Assembly: GCA_013239625.1 (NCBI GenBank)
Contig: MU053823.1
Location: 395,698-459,697 of the forward strand
Origin: Lama guanicoe
Taxonomy: Eukaryota
Direction of reading: 5' to 3'
DNA length: 64,000 nucleotides
Position 1 is the stretch's first letter. Each line of letters begins with the position of its first letter. This document shows, in pieces, positions 51,934 through 64,000 of the stretch. Under the pieces are notes generated by a model. That model had not been told where the DNA came from. It made no database searches and was given only the letters and a program-made list of their open reading frames with translations. Position numbers and translations under genes: made by a program.

Positions 51934-52384
51934 TGAAGCATTTGCTATGCATTCGGTTTATGTAATATGCTGAGGGTGAGTATATGTTAATTAGGTAAAA
52001 GCAATTATAACAGTGGTAGCGCTGTGCTGGTTACCATCGTAAATGCTTATCCCTTTAAAATAAAGCCAATTTTTATTAAATCTTCGTTAGCATCCATTTC
52101 AGATCCCTGCCAAAAATGCATTCTTCATTCTAAAATAATGTGGTTGATTAGTTTTTATATGGTTTGATATACATAATGTGTGCACTGGTGATACATCTAA
52201 TTCTCTGCCTGAGGTTTTAAAGTGGATCCCAGTAAGTTTCACGCGTGTAAGGAAGATATTCAAACTGCAAAAGCTTTAAAATCGCTTGTCCTTGCTTTAT
52301 TTATTTAATAAGGGTGACATTTGGGTCCTTGACATGAAAATTTAGGTACGTTTTCTGTATTCCATTAAAATATCAATAATCAAC

Positions 52385-52885
52385 ATGTGTCCATACATAG
52401 ACTGGTATTTAAATGTAAGAAGCTTTATTCACAGTAGCCCCAGAGTGGAAACAATCCAAAGGTCCATAACATGTGAACAAATAAATGAAATGTGCTGTAT
52501 CCATGCAATGGAACATTGCTTTGCAGTTAAAAAAAAAAAAAAAGAACAAACTATGCTGAAACATACAACACCAGGAATGAATGTCAGAGTCACAATGTGC
52601 TTAGTGAAAGAATTCAGATACAAAGGCGGAGATAACGTGTGCTTTATAGGAAATTCTAGGAATAATAAACAGTAATTTCTAGTTACAGAAAGCAGGTTTA
52701 GTGTCGGCTGGGAGAGAGGGGAAAAACTGAATGAAGAGGTATGTGAAGAAACTCGGGGGGAGGGGTGCCCTGAAAATGTTCTGTATCCTGATTGTGGTAG
52801 CAGTTTTGGGTGTTTACATCTGCCCATATTCATAGAACTTTACATTTTAAATGGGTGTAGTATGTAAATTATACCTCAATGTAAA
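52385..52885 (+). mobile_element. Old L1 3' fragment
   Basis: gctttattcacagtagcccc...tatgtaaattatacctcaat. Confidence 0.75.
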
Positions 52886-53259
52886 AAAAAAAAGTTGTAA
52901 AAAGTTTCAATTCTCTTGCCAGCAAACCGTATTCAAATGACTGACTAGGTCATTACTTTTACAAGCCCCATGCACTTCTGATCAATGCCATGAGATGGCG
53001 CACAAATTGGATAACTACATTTCTGGAAAAGACTAGGAACCAAAACCAGGGTGCTTTGGCTTCAACCACACTGTATCCATGTTCACAACAGCAAAGAAAC
53101 TTGTGGTAGCAGAGAGTATATTCACAAGTTCAACTCAACTTAGAGCTTATGATTTGCAAGACACTGTGCTAGGAAACAATGAGGAAAAGCAATCTGTCCC
53201 TATGTGCAAACAACACAGCAAAGTATTTATTTTGCCAAGTTTAAGAAGCAGCAGAGTAT

Positions 53260-53390
53260 GGGGAGGGTATAGCTCAATGGTAGAGTGAGTGCCTACCATG
53301 CACAAGGTCCTGGGTTCAATCCCCAGTACCTCCATTCAAGATAAATAAATAAGAACCTAATTACCTCCCCCAGCTAAAAATAAGAAAAAA
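53260..53390 (+). mobile_element. Camelid SINE
   Basis: Full head plus tail. Confidence 0.9.
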
Positions 53391-54727
53391 TTTAAATTTT
53401 TAATTTTTTAAAAAGCCCTAAGAAGTCCTGTAATTAAAAACCAGCAGAATATGAAATTGCAGATGAAATCAGCATAATCATGTAAATTTATGCCTATAAG
53501 AAAACTAGAAGGAAAAACCAGCATATTAACAGTAATTATCATTAGATAGTATGTCTAATTATCCTTGAACACTGGTATTCCAAATTTTTAAATTCTTTAA
53601 TATTTAATTTTTTTAACTTTCTACTTTTTGTTAGTACTCAGGTTGACAACAGTCAAGGGTCGCTCTTAAACACATGACTCAAAGAGTGACACTTCCTGAC
53701 TCAAAACACAGAAAGTCTAATTGAGAAGACAGAAATGTCAGCAATCAACTGGTAACAAAGGTTGACTGCTTTGACAAAGATAAGAGGGAGAACATAGAGA
53801 GCTCCTGGAGGGTTTTTCGTTGCTGTTAGTGTTCGATTTTTGCCTAGAAATTCTGGGACAGTGGCGGTGAGGAAGGTCTTCCTAGAAGAGCTGAAAGGTG
53901 GCTGGACAGAGAAAGCTGAAGGAAAGGAGACTCGGGCCAGGGGGTGGAGAAAAGAGGAAAAGAAGCAGGAAATGAGGCTAGAAAGGCAGGTTGACGTCCA
54001 AACGTAGAAGCTGGCCTCAGTAAGTACCACATTGAAGAGTTTGGAGCTTATTCCGTGGGAAGAAGTTACGCGCTTTTCGGCACAGGGGTGACAGGCTCAT
54101 GCCTGGGGTTTTGTGAGCTCCCTCAGGTGCAATGTGGGAAGTGTTACTTTGAAGGGACTGGAGGCAGGGAGACCAATGAAAAGGTTGGGACAATGGATAA
54201 AGGGAAAGATTAGGGCTTAGACTGAAGCAGAGAACAGAGAGGATAGGGCAGGTGCACACCCAGAAATATTTGGAAGTTTGACTCATTACACTTAGATGAT
54301 TAATTAAATATGAGGAGTGAATGGGACAGAACCAGATGATCCCCAAGCTCTTGGCCTGGTTACCTGGGGTGGAAAGTCAGCAGAGGAGGCAGGACAGAGG
54401 GCTAACTGAGGACTACTGTTTTGAGCACATTGAGTTTGAGGTACATGCTGGACATGTAGGTAGGGACTGGAAAGGAAACCTGAACAGATCTTTATGGGAC
54501 TGGGGAACAGGTTTGTAATTCCAAGCTGTCAGCAGCTACAAGGCAGCCCCGGGAGACTGTCCTGTGAGCTCATGTGGCTTTGGATTCTTGCTGTCTCTCA
54601 GCTGGTCTTAAATACAAGCATGAAAAGGGGTTTGTAATGGATTCCAAGCTCAGTGAGTCTCAGGCATCCAACAAAGGAAGCAAGAGCATCTTCTCTGATT
54701 TGGCCCAAGTATTACAGAGTCTTCTAA

Positions 54728-54994
<267 letters not shown>

Positions 54995-55139
54995 TGATGG
55001 CACTACTTTCAGCCTGTTTCCTTTGTGTCGCCACTAGATTCCTCAAATCTCTTTTCTGCAATACTAAGCGGACTTGCTATGTCTCAGTATTGTGGTTATT
55101 ATTACAGGCATGGGGATCATACAAAGAGCAAGCACATTA

Positions 55140-55744
55140 CTGGTGGACCTCGGAGATATTGCAGGTTTGGTTCCAGACCAGTGCAGAAAAGCAAACATTG
55201 CAGTAAAGGCCCACGAATCTGTTGATTTCCCAGTGTATATAAAATATATATACTATACTTTAATTCTTTATGCAGTAGCATTAAATCGTTAAAAAAAAAA
55301 CTATGTACATACCTTAATTGTTTAAGTTCATTACTAAAGATTGCTAACCATCATCTGAGCCTTCAGCAGGTCATAGTAGTAATAAAGATCACCATATCAG
55401 ATACAATAATGGAAAGTTTGAAATTTGCAAGAATTACCAAAATGTGACAGAGACACAAAGTGAGCAAAGTGCTATGGAAAGAAATGGCCCCGATAGACTT
55501 GCTTGAGGCAGGATTGCCACAGGTCTTCAAAATGCCGTAACTAGGTATCTAGTCCGGGAGGGTATAGCTCAGTGGCAGAGCGCATGCTTAGCATGCATGA
55601 AATCCTGGGTTCAATCCCCATGATCTCCATTAAAATAAATAAATAAACCTAATTACCTCCCCTACCCACTGCTCCCCCCCCAAAAACAAACGCAGTATCT
55701 GCAAAGTCCAACAAAGCCAAGCGCAATAAAACAAGGTGTGCCTG
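55140..55744 (-). mobile_element. Tigger1-derived non-autonomous DNA transposon with nested SINE (55556-55690)
   Basis: Ends acctcggagatattgcaggtttggttccagacc and gcgcaataaaacaaggtgtgcctg match the recalled Tigger1 termini. Confidence 0.8.
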
Positions 55745-55979
55745 ATTTAATGGCTCTTAGGCCCAGAGCAGTGCTGATTACCTGTCTTGTAACACCCCCC
55801 TGTTCGCCACGTCATAATTTAAATCTAGTCATCTGGTTGCCAACTGTCAATTCTCTGGCCTCCACCTCGTGGTTCGGTGTATTTCTACAACATTACGTCA
55901 CCAGACACCCCCAAGCCATTTTCCTTCCCCTCAAAGGCAGAAAAAGTAACTTCACAACGTACATTAAGATCTTCACTGA

Positions 55980-56624
<645 letters not shown>

Positions 56625-56684
56625 TAACTGAGTTCTAGTTTGCCTTTGGAGCCAAAACTTACCCACTAGAATCGGAGGAAATGA

Positions 56685-57062
<378 letters not shown>

Positions 57063-57312
57063 TGATAAAAATATTTTCTCTTCGTCTTTTTGTTGTCATT
57101 TCTCCTACAATTGAGTTTAATCTTCTGTTGTTTCAGTTCAGAGCCCTCTGCTAAGATTTCTTTTCCTTCTCTTCTTTGCCCACTCCTGACTCTTCTCGAG
57201 ATCTGTCTCCCTCCTGGTAGAATTCCTTCCTGGCTTCCTACTTCCTGGCCCTCTCCCTCTCAACTTCCTTCCTTCGGGAAACATTACAGAGCCACTCACT
57301 GTCTCTCCACAG

Positions 57313-57366
57313 CCCCTATATGAGGTGGACGACCTACGAGATGCATTTCGTACTTTGGGACTTTGA
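57313..57366 (+). CDS. AICDA: AICDA exon 5 CDS: PLYEVDDLRDAFRTLGL* (nuclear export signal)
   Basis: 54 nt; total CDS 600 nt = 199 aa + stop. Confidence 0.99.
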   Translation, partial: PLYEVDDLRDAFRTLGL

Positions 57367-57890
57367 TACCAAGCTCCAAGAACGTCACGTATCAAGAGAT
57401 ACCTCTGAAGATGGTGGGTGAAAGAACGATCCTTCAGGAATTCTGTTTTTCTTCAACTCTCACTCTGAGTTTAGGGGAGAAGTATTCATATATGACTTTA
57501 AAAAGATGTCTTTAAAATAGAGAAGGAACGCAGACCCACCAGGGTTAATGCCGCAACTGGTGCAGGCTTTAAAGGCAACACTGCCCCCTACTGGGAAACG
57601 ACAGAACTGCATGGCCTGGGAGCATCTTAACGTCAATATTGTGACTTTTGAAACAGGAAGAAAGCAGAAGATAAATGCTTAAAAGTATGGTGAGAGGATC
57701 AAATGTTTTATAATCAGTATCCTTTAATATTTTATTTTTTCTGAGTTTTCAGTGGTGTTAATGATAAATTTTTCTACTCTTTTCCTTCGGGGTTCACTTT
57801 TTAAGTGAACAAACATCTGTCAGGCTGTGATCTATAGAACTTCCTAATGAGATAATCTGTGTGATTGTACCTGCCAAACCATCTCTTCAA

Positions 57891-57898
57891 AGCATTAA
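57891..57898 (+). promoter_or_regulatory. miR-155 8mer site (AGCATTAA) in AICDA 3'UTR
   Basis: Exact complement of the miR-155-5p seed; an established conserved AID regulatory site. Confidence 0.85.
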
Positions 57899-58006
57899 TA
57901 TCCAAGCACATGCTGTATGTACTCATTGTCTGAAGCATGTTTTTATGTTTGTAAAAGAGGATTTTTTTTCTTGGTGTGGAATACACAGGGTCACAGGTTC
58001 TTGTAT

Positions 58007-58012
58007 AATAAA
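58007..58012 (+). terminator. AICDA: AICDA proximal poly(A) signal candidate
   Basis: AATAAA. Confidence 0.5.
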
Positions 58013-58828
58013 GATCTTAAAATGAATCTGAGGGCTGTGAAGAAGACACTCTAAAAGTGAATTGATGCCCCAAGTAACAAATCTGCAAACAGATCCTTTT
58101 AAAGTCACAGCTTTGAAACCACACCTTTCCCATGTAACTAGAGAATGCTTGGAAGGCAGTTGCTTAAATGTTGAGAAAAGGAAAATCTGTTCTCTCTGGT
58201 GGGTCTTTGAACCTCAGCGATGCCAACCGGGTCAAGGTTTTCCCCCTTTTGCATGTATATGTCGCTTCTCTCAGAGAAATGCTGACTGTATAAGAGACAG
58301 TGACAAAAGAAAGTAATTGGGAGGGAAGGATGACAGAGCACTGCAAGAAAATAGTATTGTATCCAGTAAAACGGAGTGAGCCCACATGTCAAGATCATGC
58401 CCGTGTCCGTAACAACACTCCTTGACTGTGCGAAAACTACTCAGAAAAACCTGATCACTGTGCAGTGATTACTTAACAACCCTTGCAACGAAGAGAAACA
58501 GAGCCACAGGGCAAGCTGAATGCATAACTGTACCGTCTTACCTTTACTGTACCTAGTTTGTGAAAGAGTTAAATGTAAAATCCTTATTCATGTATTCATT
58601 CTTATTGTATGTTATGCTATGTAGTGTCTAATGTTATTATCATAATTTTTCTGATATATTGAAATGGATTCCTAATTTCTTGTAAATGTATACCTTTAGA
58701 AATGATTCTACTAGCAAAATATATCATTGTAACATAGTCTAATGTAACAACATTGCTATGAAACCATTCTCCTGATTTTGTTAATTTTTCCCACTGCAAA
58801 TTTGATTCTGTCTTACTTCCATCAACTG

Positions 58829-58834
58829 AATAAA
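58829..58834 (+). terminator. AICDA: AICDA distal poly(A) signal candidate
   Basis: AATAAA in the context ccatca.ctgaataaatgataa, similar to the recalled human mRNA end; L1 begins shortly after. Confidence 0.65.
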
Positions 58835-58904
58835 TGATAACTTCAGAAATCTTGGAGATTAAATGCCAAATGAAAATAATTCCAAAAGTGATTTTTTAAA
58901 AGTT

Positions 58905-60060
58905 AAAATTACAAAGTCAGTATGATGGAATGGACTTCAGAGTCCTGTGCATCTGTGTTCAACCGACTTCTGACAAGGTGCCAGGAATATTCAGTGGGAG
59001 AAAGAACTCTTTTCAACAAAAGGTGCTGGGACAACTAGAAATTCATATGCAAAAGACTGAACATGGACCTCTACCACATGCCACATGCCACATGCAAAAA
59101 TTAACTCAGTGTATCAAATATCTAAATCTAAGAACTTCCCTAATTAGTACCTGCTTCAGTCTGCTTTTTGAAAGTCAGGAAAAGCCTAGCAAACTACTGC
59201 CTTTTTCTACAAACAAGAAACAGGGGTCCCAGAGGAGCTTTTGTACCCAGGAGGGCTCCTTTCAGTTCCCCCTTTTCTTTGATATTCCTCAATCCTGAGA
59301 GGAACAAGGGTGGGACAGAAAGGGAATAAGCTTTGGACAGAGAGGTTAATCATAAACTCGGCAGGAGAACTTTCAAGGGGACTCAGTTTCAAATTCACAA
59401 AACAGGAAAAAAAATATATTAGCAACTATTTTATCCAGTGAGTCTAGTATCCGGAATATATAAAAGACTCTTACTACTCATAACAAAAGACAACCTAACT
59501 TAAGAGTGACCAAAAGACTCAAAAAGACATTTCTTCAAGGAAGATTTACAAATGGCTAAAAAGCATATGAAAAGCTCGAAGTCCTTAAGTCCTTAGGGAC
59601 ATGCAAATCAAAGCCACAATGAGATATCACTTATACCTACTAAGGATGACCATAAACACACAAAAAAATAATAACTGTTGTTGTTAGTGAGAATGTGGAA
59701 AGATCAGAACATATATTGGCTGGTGGAAATGTAAAACGTGCAGCCGCTATGAAAAACAGTTTGTTTCTCCAAAGTTAACATGTTAATTACTGGCTGATAC
59801 AACAATTCCACGCTTTGTTCTCTCTCTAAAAGAATTAACAATCTATGCTCAAACAAAAACTTGTGCATGAATATTCTTGCAGCATTATTTGTTTGTAGTA
59901 GCCCGAAAGGGCAAAGACCCAAATGTCCATCAGCTGACACAGGGATAAACAAATTCAGTACATTCATCCATCCAAAGAGCAATGAAGCACTGATCCATCC
60001 TACAGCATGGACGAACCTTGAAAGCATGGTGCTAAGTGAAAGAAGCGTCTCATAAAAATG
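58905..60060 (+). mobile_element. Old L1 ORF2/3' remnants
   Basis: ttttcaacaaaaggtgctgggacaactag; aaatgtccatcagctg; gaaccttgaaagcatggtgctaagtgaaagaag. Confidence 0.8.
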
Positions 60061-60061
60061 C

Positions 60062-60290
60062 ACGGGGCCCGGACCCAGGCCAGAGCCGTCTCCACTGCCA
60101 TTTGGGCTGCTGGCTCCCTGCTAGAGTGCTTTCTTTCCCCCCAGCGCTTTTCTTTCCTTCTCCTTCCTCCAGCATTTTCCTTCCTTTACCTCTTTTGAGA
60201 AATAAAAGCAGTTTTTGCTCTGTCCCTCTGCCTCAGCTATGAATTCTTTGCAGCCGGCACGCAAGGACCCACACTTTGGTGGACCTCCTA
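60062..60290 (+). mobile_element. Partial ERV LTR (R/U5-like)
   Basis: AATAAA followed by gaattctttgcagccggcacgcaaggacc, typical of LTR U5. Confidence 0.55.
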
Positions 60291-60764
60291 AGTTAGGGGT
60301 CTCACAATCTGCTAACATAGATAAACAGACCTTTTCTTTACATCTCCATATACATAAACACATATACATACGCGGGTATGCTCAGCCAAACCCAAACTAT
60401 CAGCTGTGGTTCTCTCCAGAGAAAAACTGGGTGGGAATAGAGTGGGAGAAGGGGAACCGACACTTTCTACTCAGTTTACTTCTGCAAAACAGTGTAACTT
60501 GTAAATTTTTAATGATTAAAATTGAGGAAGAGAAAATACCGTTTCAAATCTAGGTCTCAGTATGAATTCATGATTTTTCTATTCTCCAGTGTTTACTTAC
60601 AAATATACAGAATATTCCACTGCCTTAAGAAGAAGTTGAGAAGATTCTAGTAAAACAAGTCTAGCAGAGGATACAAGGGTCTTTGAGTCTCTAAACATTT
60701 TTCTTCTATTACCAATGATTTATAAAATGCTTTGAGAGCTGGACAATCTTCAGGAAAAAGAGTC

Positions 60765-61060
60765 GCTCAGTCGGGGTTTAACCAGAGAGAGAATCAGTAA
60801 GACGTACATATTACAGAAGTGACTCACGTGGCTGCAGGGGTTGCACCAGGATCTGAAACCTGCAGTGCAGGCTGGCGGGGAGGGCAGGCAGGGTTCCAGG
60901 GCAGAGCTGCAGTCCGCTGGTGGGCTCTTCCAGGAAAGCGTCTCAGTTCTGTTCTTATATCCTTAGACTAATTGAATTAGGCCTACCCAGATTATGTAAA
61001 ACACTTGCAAGGAATGGATTATTGACTATAAACGTATCTACAAAATACTCCAGGACACCT
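60765..61060. mobile_element. MLT2-like ERVL LTR remnant
   Basis: ctcagttctgttctta...actaattgaattaggcctacccagattat. Confidence 0.6.
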
Positions 61061-61090
61061 GGATTCCTGCTTGATTGAATAACTAGCTTG

Positions 61091-61215
61091 GGCGGGAGGG
61101 TATAGCTCAGTGATAGAGCGCATGCCTAGCATGCCTGAGGTCCTGGGTTCAATCCCCAGTACCTCCATCAAACAGATAAACCTGATTAACATCTCCCCAC
61201 CAAACAAGAAGAATA
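61091..61215 (+). mobile_element. Camelid SINE
   Basis: TSD gaataactagc. Confidence 0.92.
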
Positions 61216-62159
61216 ACTAGCCAAAACTGACAAAAAAAAAAAAATGTGTCACAGCATCTATATGTAAAAAGCAAAACAAAACAAACACATCATCACAGAA
61301 AATTAACGCTTTCGAGGGCACACTGCATGCTTGTCATGGTACTAACTGCTTTGTCTACTTTAACTCACCCAGCCAACCTCATGGTGGATTTAAACTTACG
61401 TACCTGTGACTCTCAAAAAAGTCTCTACACATTTAGTTGCAGATAACAGAGACCAACTCAAGTTACTCATTAAAAAAAGGGGGGGGGAGGTTATTTTATA
61501 GTCACATGTAGCAATAACTCGCTAGCGACTAAGGTTTCCAGTGACTGGCTACTTTTTGTCTTTTTCAGGGACCTCGTGGCCTGTGTGTCTTAAGATCTCC
61601 TTTTTCCCATAAGGGTTCCCTCTGTTCACCTCCCTGATTAGCTGATTTCCTCTTCTTACTCAACGTTGCTGCACCCTAATACCTTAGCTTGCAGACAACC
61701 CATCACGGATGCTTCTGTCTTGTCTCCTTTTTACTCTTAATGCTTATGGCTAATTGGTAATTTTTTTTCAAATTCCCCAAAGAGGGACAGTTTAATTGCC
61801 CCAACTTATCTTTTGGGTCATTCAAAGTATGTTATTACTAAGGTGGTGTCAAGTGGGAAATAGAAATGAGAGGCCTGAAACACTTTATAAAGACAATTTG
61901 AAAGGGTGAATCACTAGGCTAGACTAGAGAGTGAATCAAAAGCAAACTGCAGGTTTCTACACTGACTAGAGCTTTGCTCCTTCAGAACAGTTGTACTTGA
62001 GAGGAATATACTGCACCTGAGCCCCTGGGTCTCACTAAATGACCCTCCCTTGGCTGATTGGCTGTCTCTCCTACACCTGGTCCCATACGCCAGGTGCGTG
62101 TGGTCAAAGACGGCTTCCTAAGCAGGATATCCAGGAGGTTAATTTTTCTTTAATCTTTT

Positions 62160-62290
62160 AAAATGTATTTATAACTTTATTTATTCAGTCATTCATTCAT
62201 TCATTCATTTAATGGAAGTACTGGGGATTGAACCCAGGACTTTGTGGATGCTAAGCATGTGCTCACCACTGAGCAATACACACCCCACCC
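62160..62290 (-). mobile_element. Camelid SINE
   Basis: TSD-like ccaggag.ttaatttt. Confidence 0.9.
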
Positions 62291-64000
62291 CCAGGAGCTT
62301 AATTTTTTTTTAAGTTTTAAATAATTTTAAAATTAAACCATTATGTACATAGAAAAAAATGCATGAATCCTAAGTGACAGTTTGAGAATGAATTTTCATG
62401 AATGTATGACAAACACCAAGCTCAAGAAGTAGAACATGACTAGCATTCCAAAAGCTTCCCTTTAAAAAGATAAATAAATAAAATAAACAGGAAAAAAAAA
62501 GGAAAAAACAAAAAAGCCACAAAATCTCCCCTTACTCCTATCCCCAGCACTTTTGCTTAATTTAAATTAGTAGTGAAAAGTGGTAAGCATACACTTGGCC
62601 GAGAGAACAGCATGTTTGAAGACTGAGAGGTTTAAAGTAGCACAAGGTTTAAGGAGGTGCCACTAACGGTGGTGGGAGGGGAGGGTGGGTCAGGGGTGGT
62701 GATCACAAAAAACACTTTATTACGTTGAGGGGTTTAATTTTAAAACTGAAGGCTGTGGAGAATATCTGAAAGGGCTTTTTGAAAGAAGAAATTACTTGAT
62801 CCAATTTTCCATTTAGAAACATTCTGGCAATAGTGTGGAGGAAGAATGAGAGGCGAGCCACTGGAGACTGGAAGGTTTCTCAAAATTGCATCCTGCAGAA
62901 AACGGATGCTGGCCCTTTAAGGCAGGGCTGGAGTCATGGAGAATGGAAGGAGTAGTGAATTCGAGGGAGCAGCACCTACCTTCTGCTAATTTGTTGTGGG
63001 AGAGGTTGCGACTGAGGGTGATGGAAGAAATTTTCACATATTGACGTATGGGGAAGTCATGCTGGCTTACACACGACTTCACTTTATGGTAAATAAAACT
63101 GCCTGTTCTGTGGCCTGTGAAGCATGCGTTGAACATCTGCTTTAACCATTAAAGAAAAGAATGTGTTTAAAACTCAAAATGGGGTAACTGTGGTGCAGGC
63201 ATCCCAAATGGAGCTGGTGGCCATGGTGGCTGTGGCTTCAGACATGTTCCCACATCACTGAGAACTTGGATTTTCTGAACTGTATCAGACTCAAGCCATT
63301 ATCAAACCAACATCGACTAGCAGCTGCCCACTGCAACCTTTCGGCCTCAAGGTCTCCCCTTGTAAATAGGCAACCATCGCGGACTCCAACCAACCGCTGC
63401 TTGGTGTTATCCTCGCGAATTGCTCAAGCTACCGTGTACTGTATCGCCAGCCCACCCACCAGCTTTTCTACTTGACAAGTGAAAGCATCAGTACCAAGAG
63501 ACACCAAGAGATAATCCAAGCTGGAGACGCTGACCGGTTTGCTTCTTGATATGTCTCTCTCATCTCTGGTCCAAACTAGAAGACTGCCTCCCCACCCCTG
63601 CCTTTTCTTTTTTTAAAGCTACTGAAAGTGATGGAGTCAAAAAGCCCTTTGGATTCCCATCTTCAACAACCCTTCTCTGTTACTATACATACTTCCTGGG
63701 CCCTGTAGCTCACAAATCAGCATCCAGCCCCAACAAAAATTAAAAAACAGAGTTGATGCCTGGAGGAAGGACTTCCTCTGAATCCTTGAGCATCTCTAAT
63801 ACTTGGTGCTGTGGGAAGAGCCTGTGACATAAAGACAGGTTCTGGGGACTTGCTCTCCAGAGCTAGGTACACAAGAGTTGCCCCTAGGTTCCGCTCCATA
63901 CAGGTGTCTGCTTTATTCCTGGCTCTATAAACCACAACAACTCACTAATATACACGTCCATGTGCTTGTCTACAAATATAATCATCAAATATTGCCAATA

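Noticed and set aside
58650-58656. TCTGATA miR-361 seed match in AICDA 3'UTR
   Set aside because: A single 7-mer in AT-rich sequence cannot be distinguished from chance without conservation data.

Overview
Mammalian genomic DNA, almost certainly from a camelid, judged from about 19 copies of the camelid tRNA-derived Vic-1-type SINE and camelid-type L1 3' ends. It is syntenic to human 12p13.31. It contains, in order: the CpG-island 5' end of RIMKLB (minus strand; no coding exon in the window), a complete intact MFAP5/MAGP-2 gene (+, 9 coding exons, 170 aa), an RPL18 processed pseudogene (-), and a complete intact AICDA/AID gene (+, 5 exons, 199 aa). AICDA shows recognisable promoter, intron-1 E-box, miR-155 and poly(A) elements. 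The rest is mostly SINE, L1, L2, MIR, ERV and Tigger1 remnants. The most interesting unexplained signal lies between RIMKLB and MFAP5 (about 12.9-24.2 kb, + strand): five exon-like segments reconstruct into a decayed gene with two mutually similar PH-like domains, split by a 6 kb ERV/L1 block. Other notable items are a ~170 bp copy of the MFAP5 3'UTR (with its AATAAA) pasted into a MIR in intron 9, a ~70 bp direct repeat bracketing the RIMKLB island, a convergent pair of CTCF-like sites around AICDA exons 2-5, and loss of the AG used for the human AID-deltaE4a isoform. All identifications are by eye and from recalled sequences; no database searches were run.
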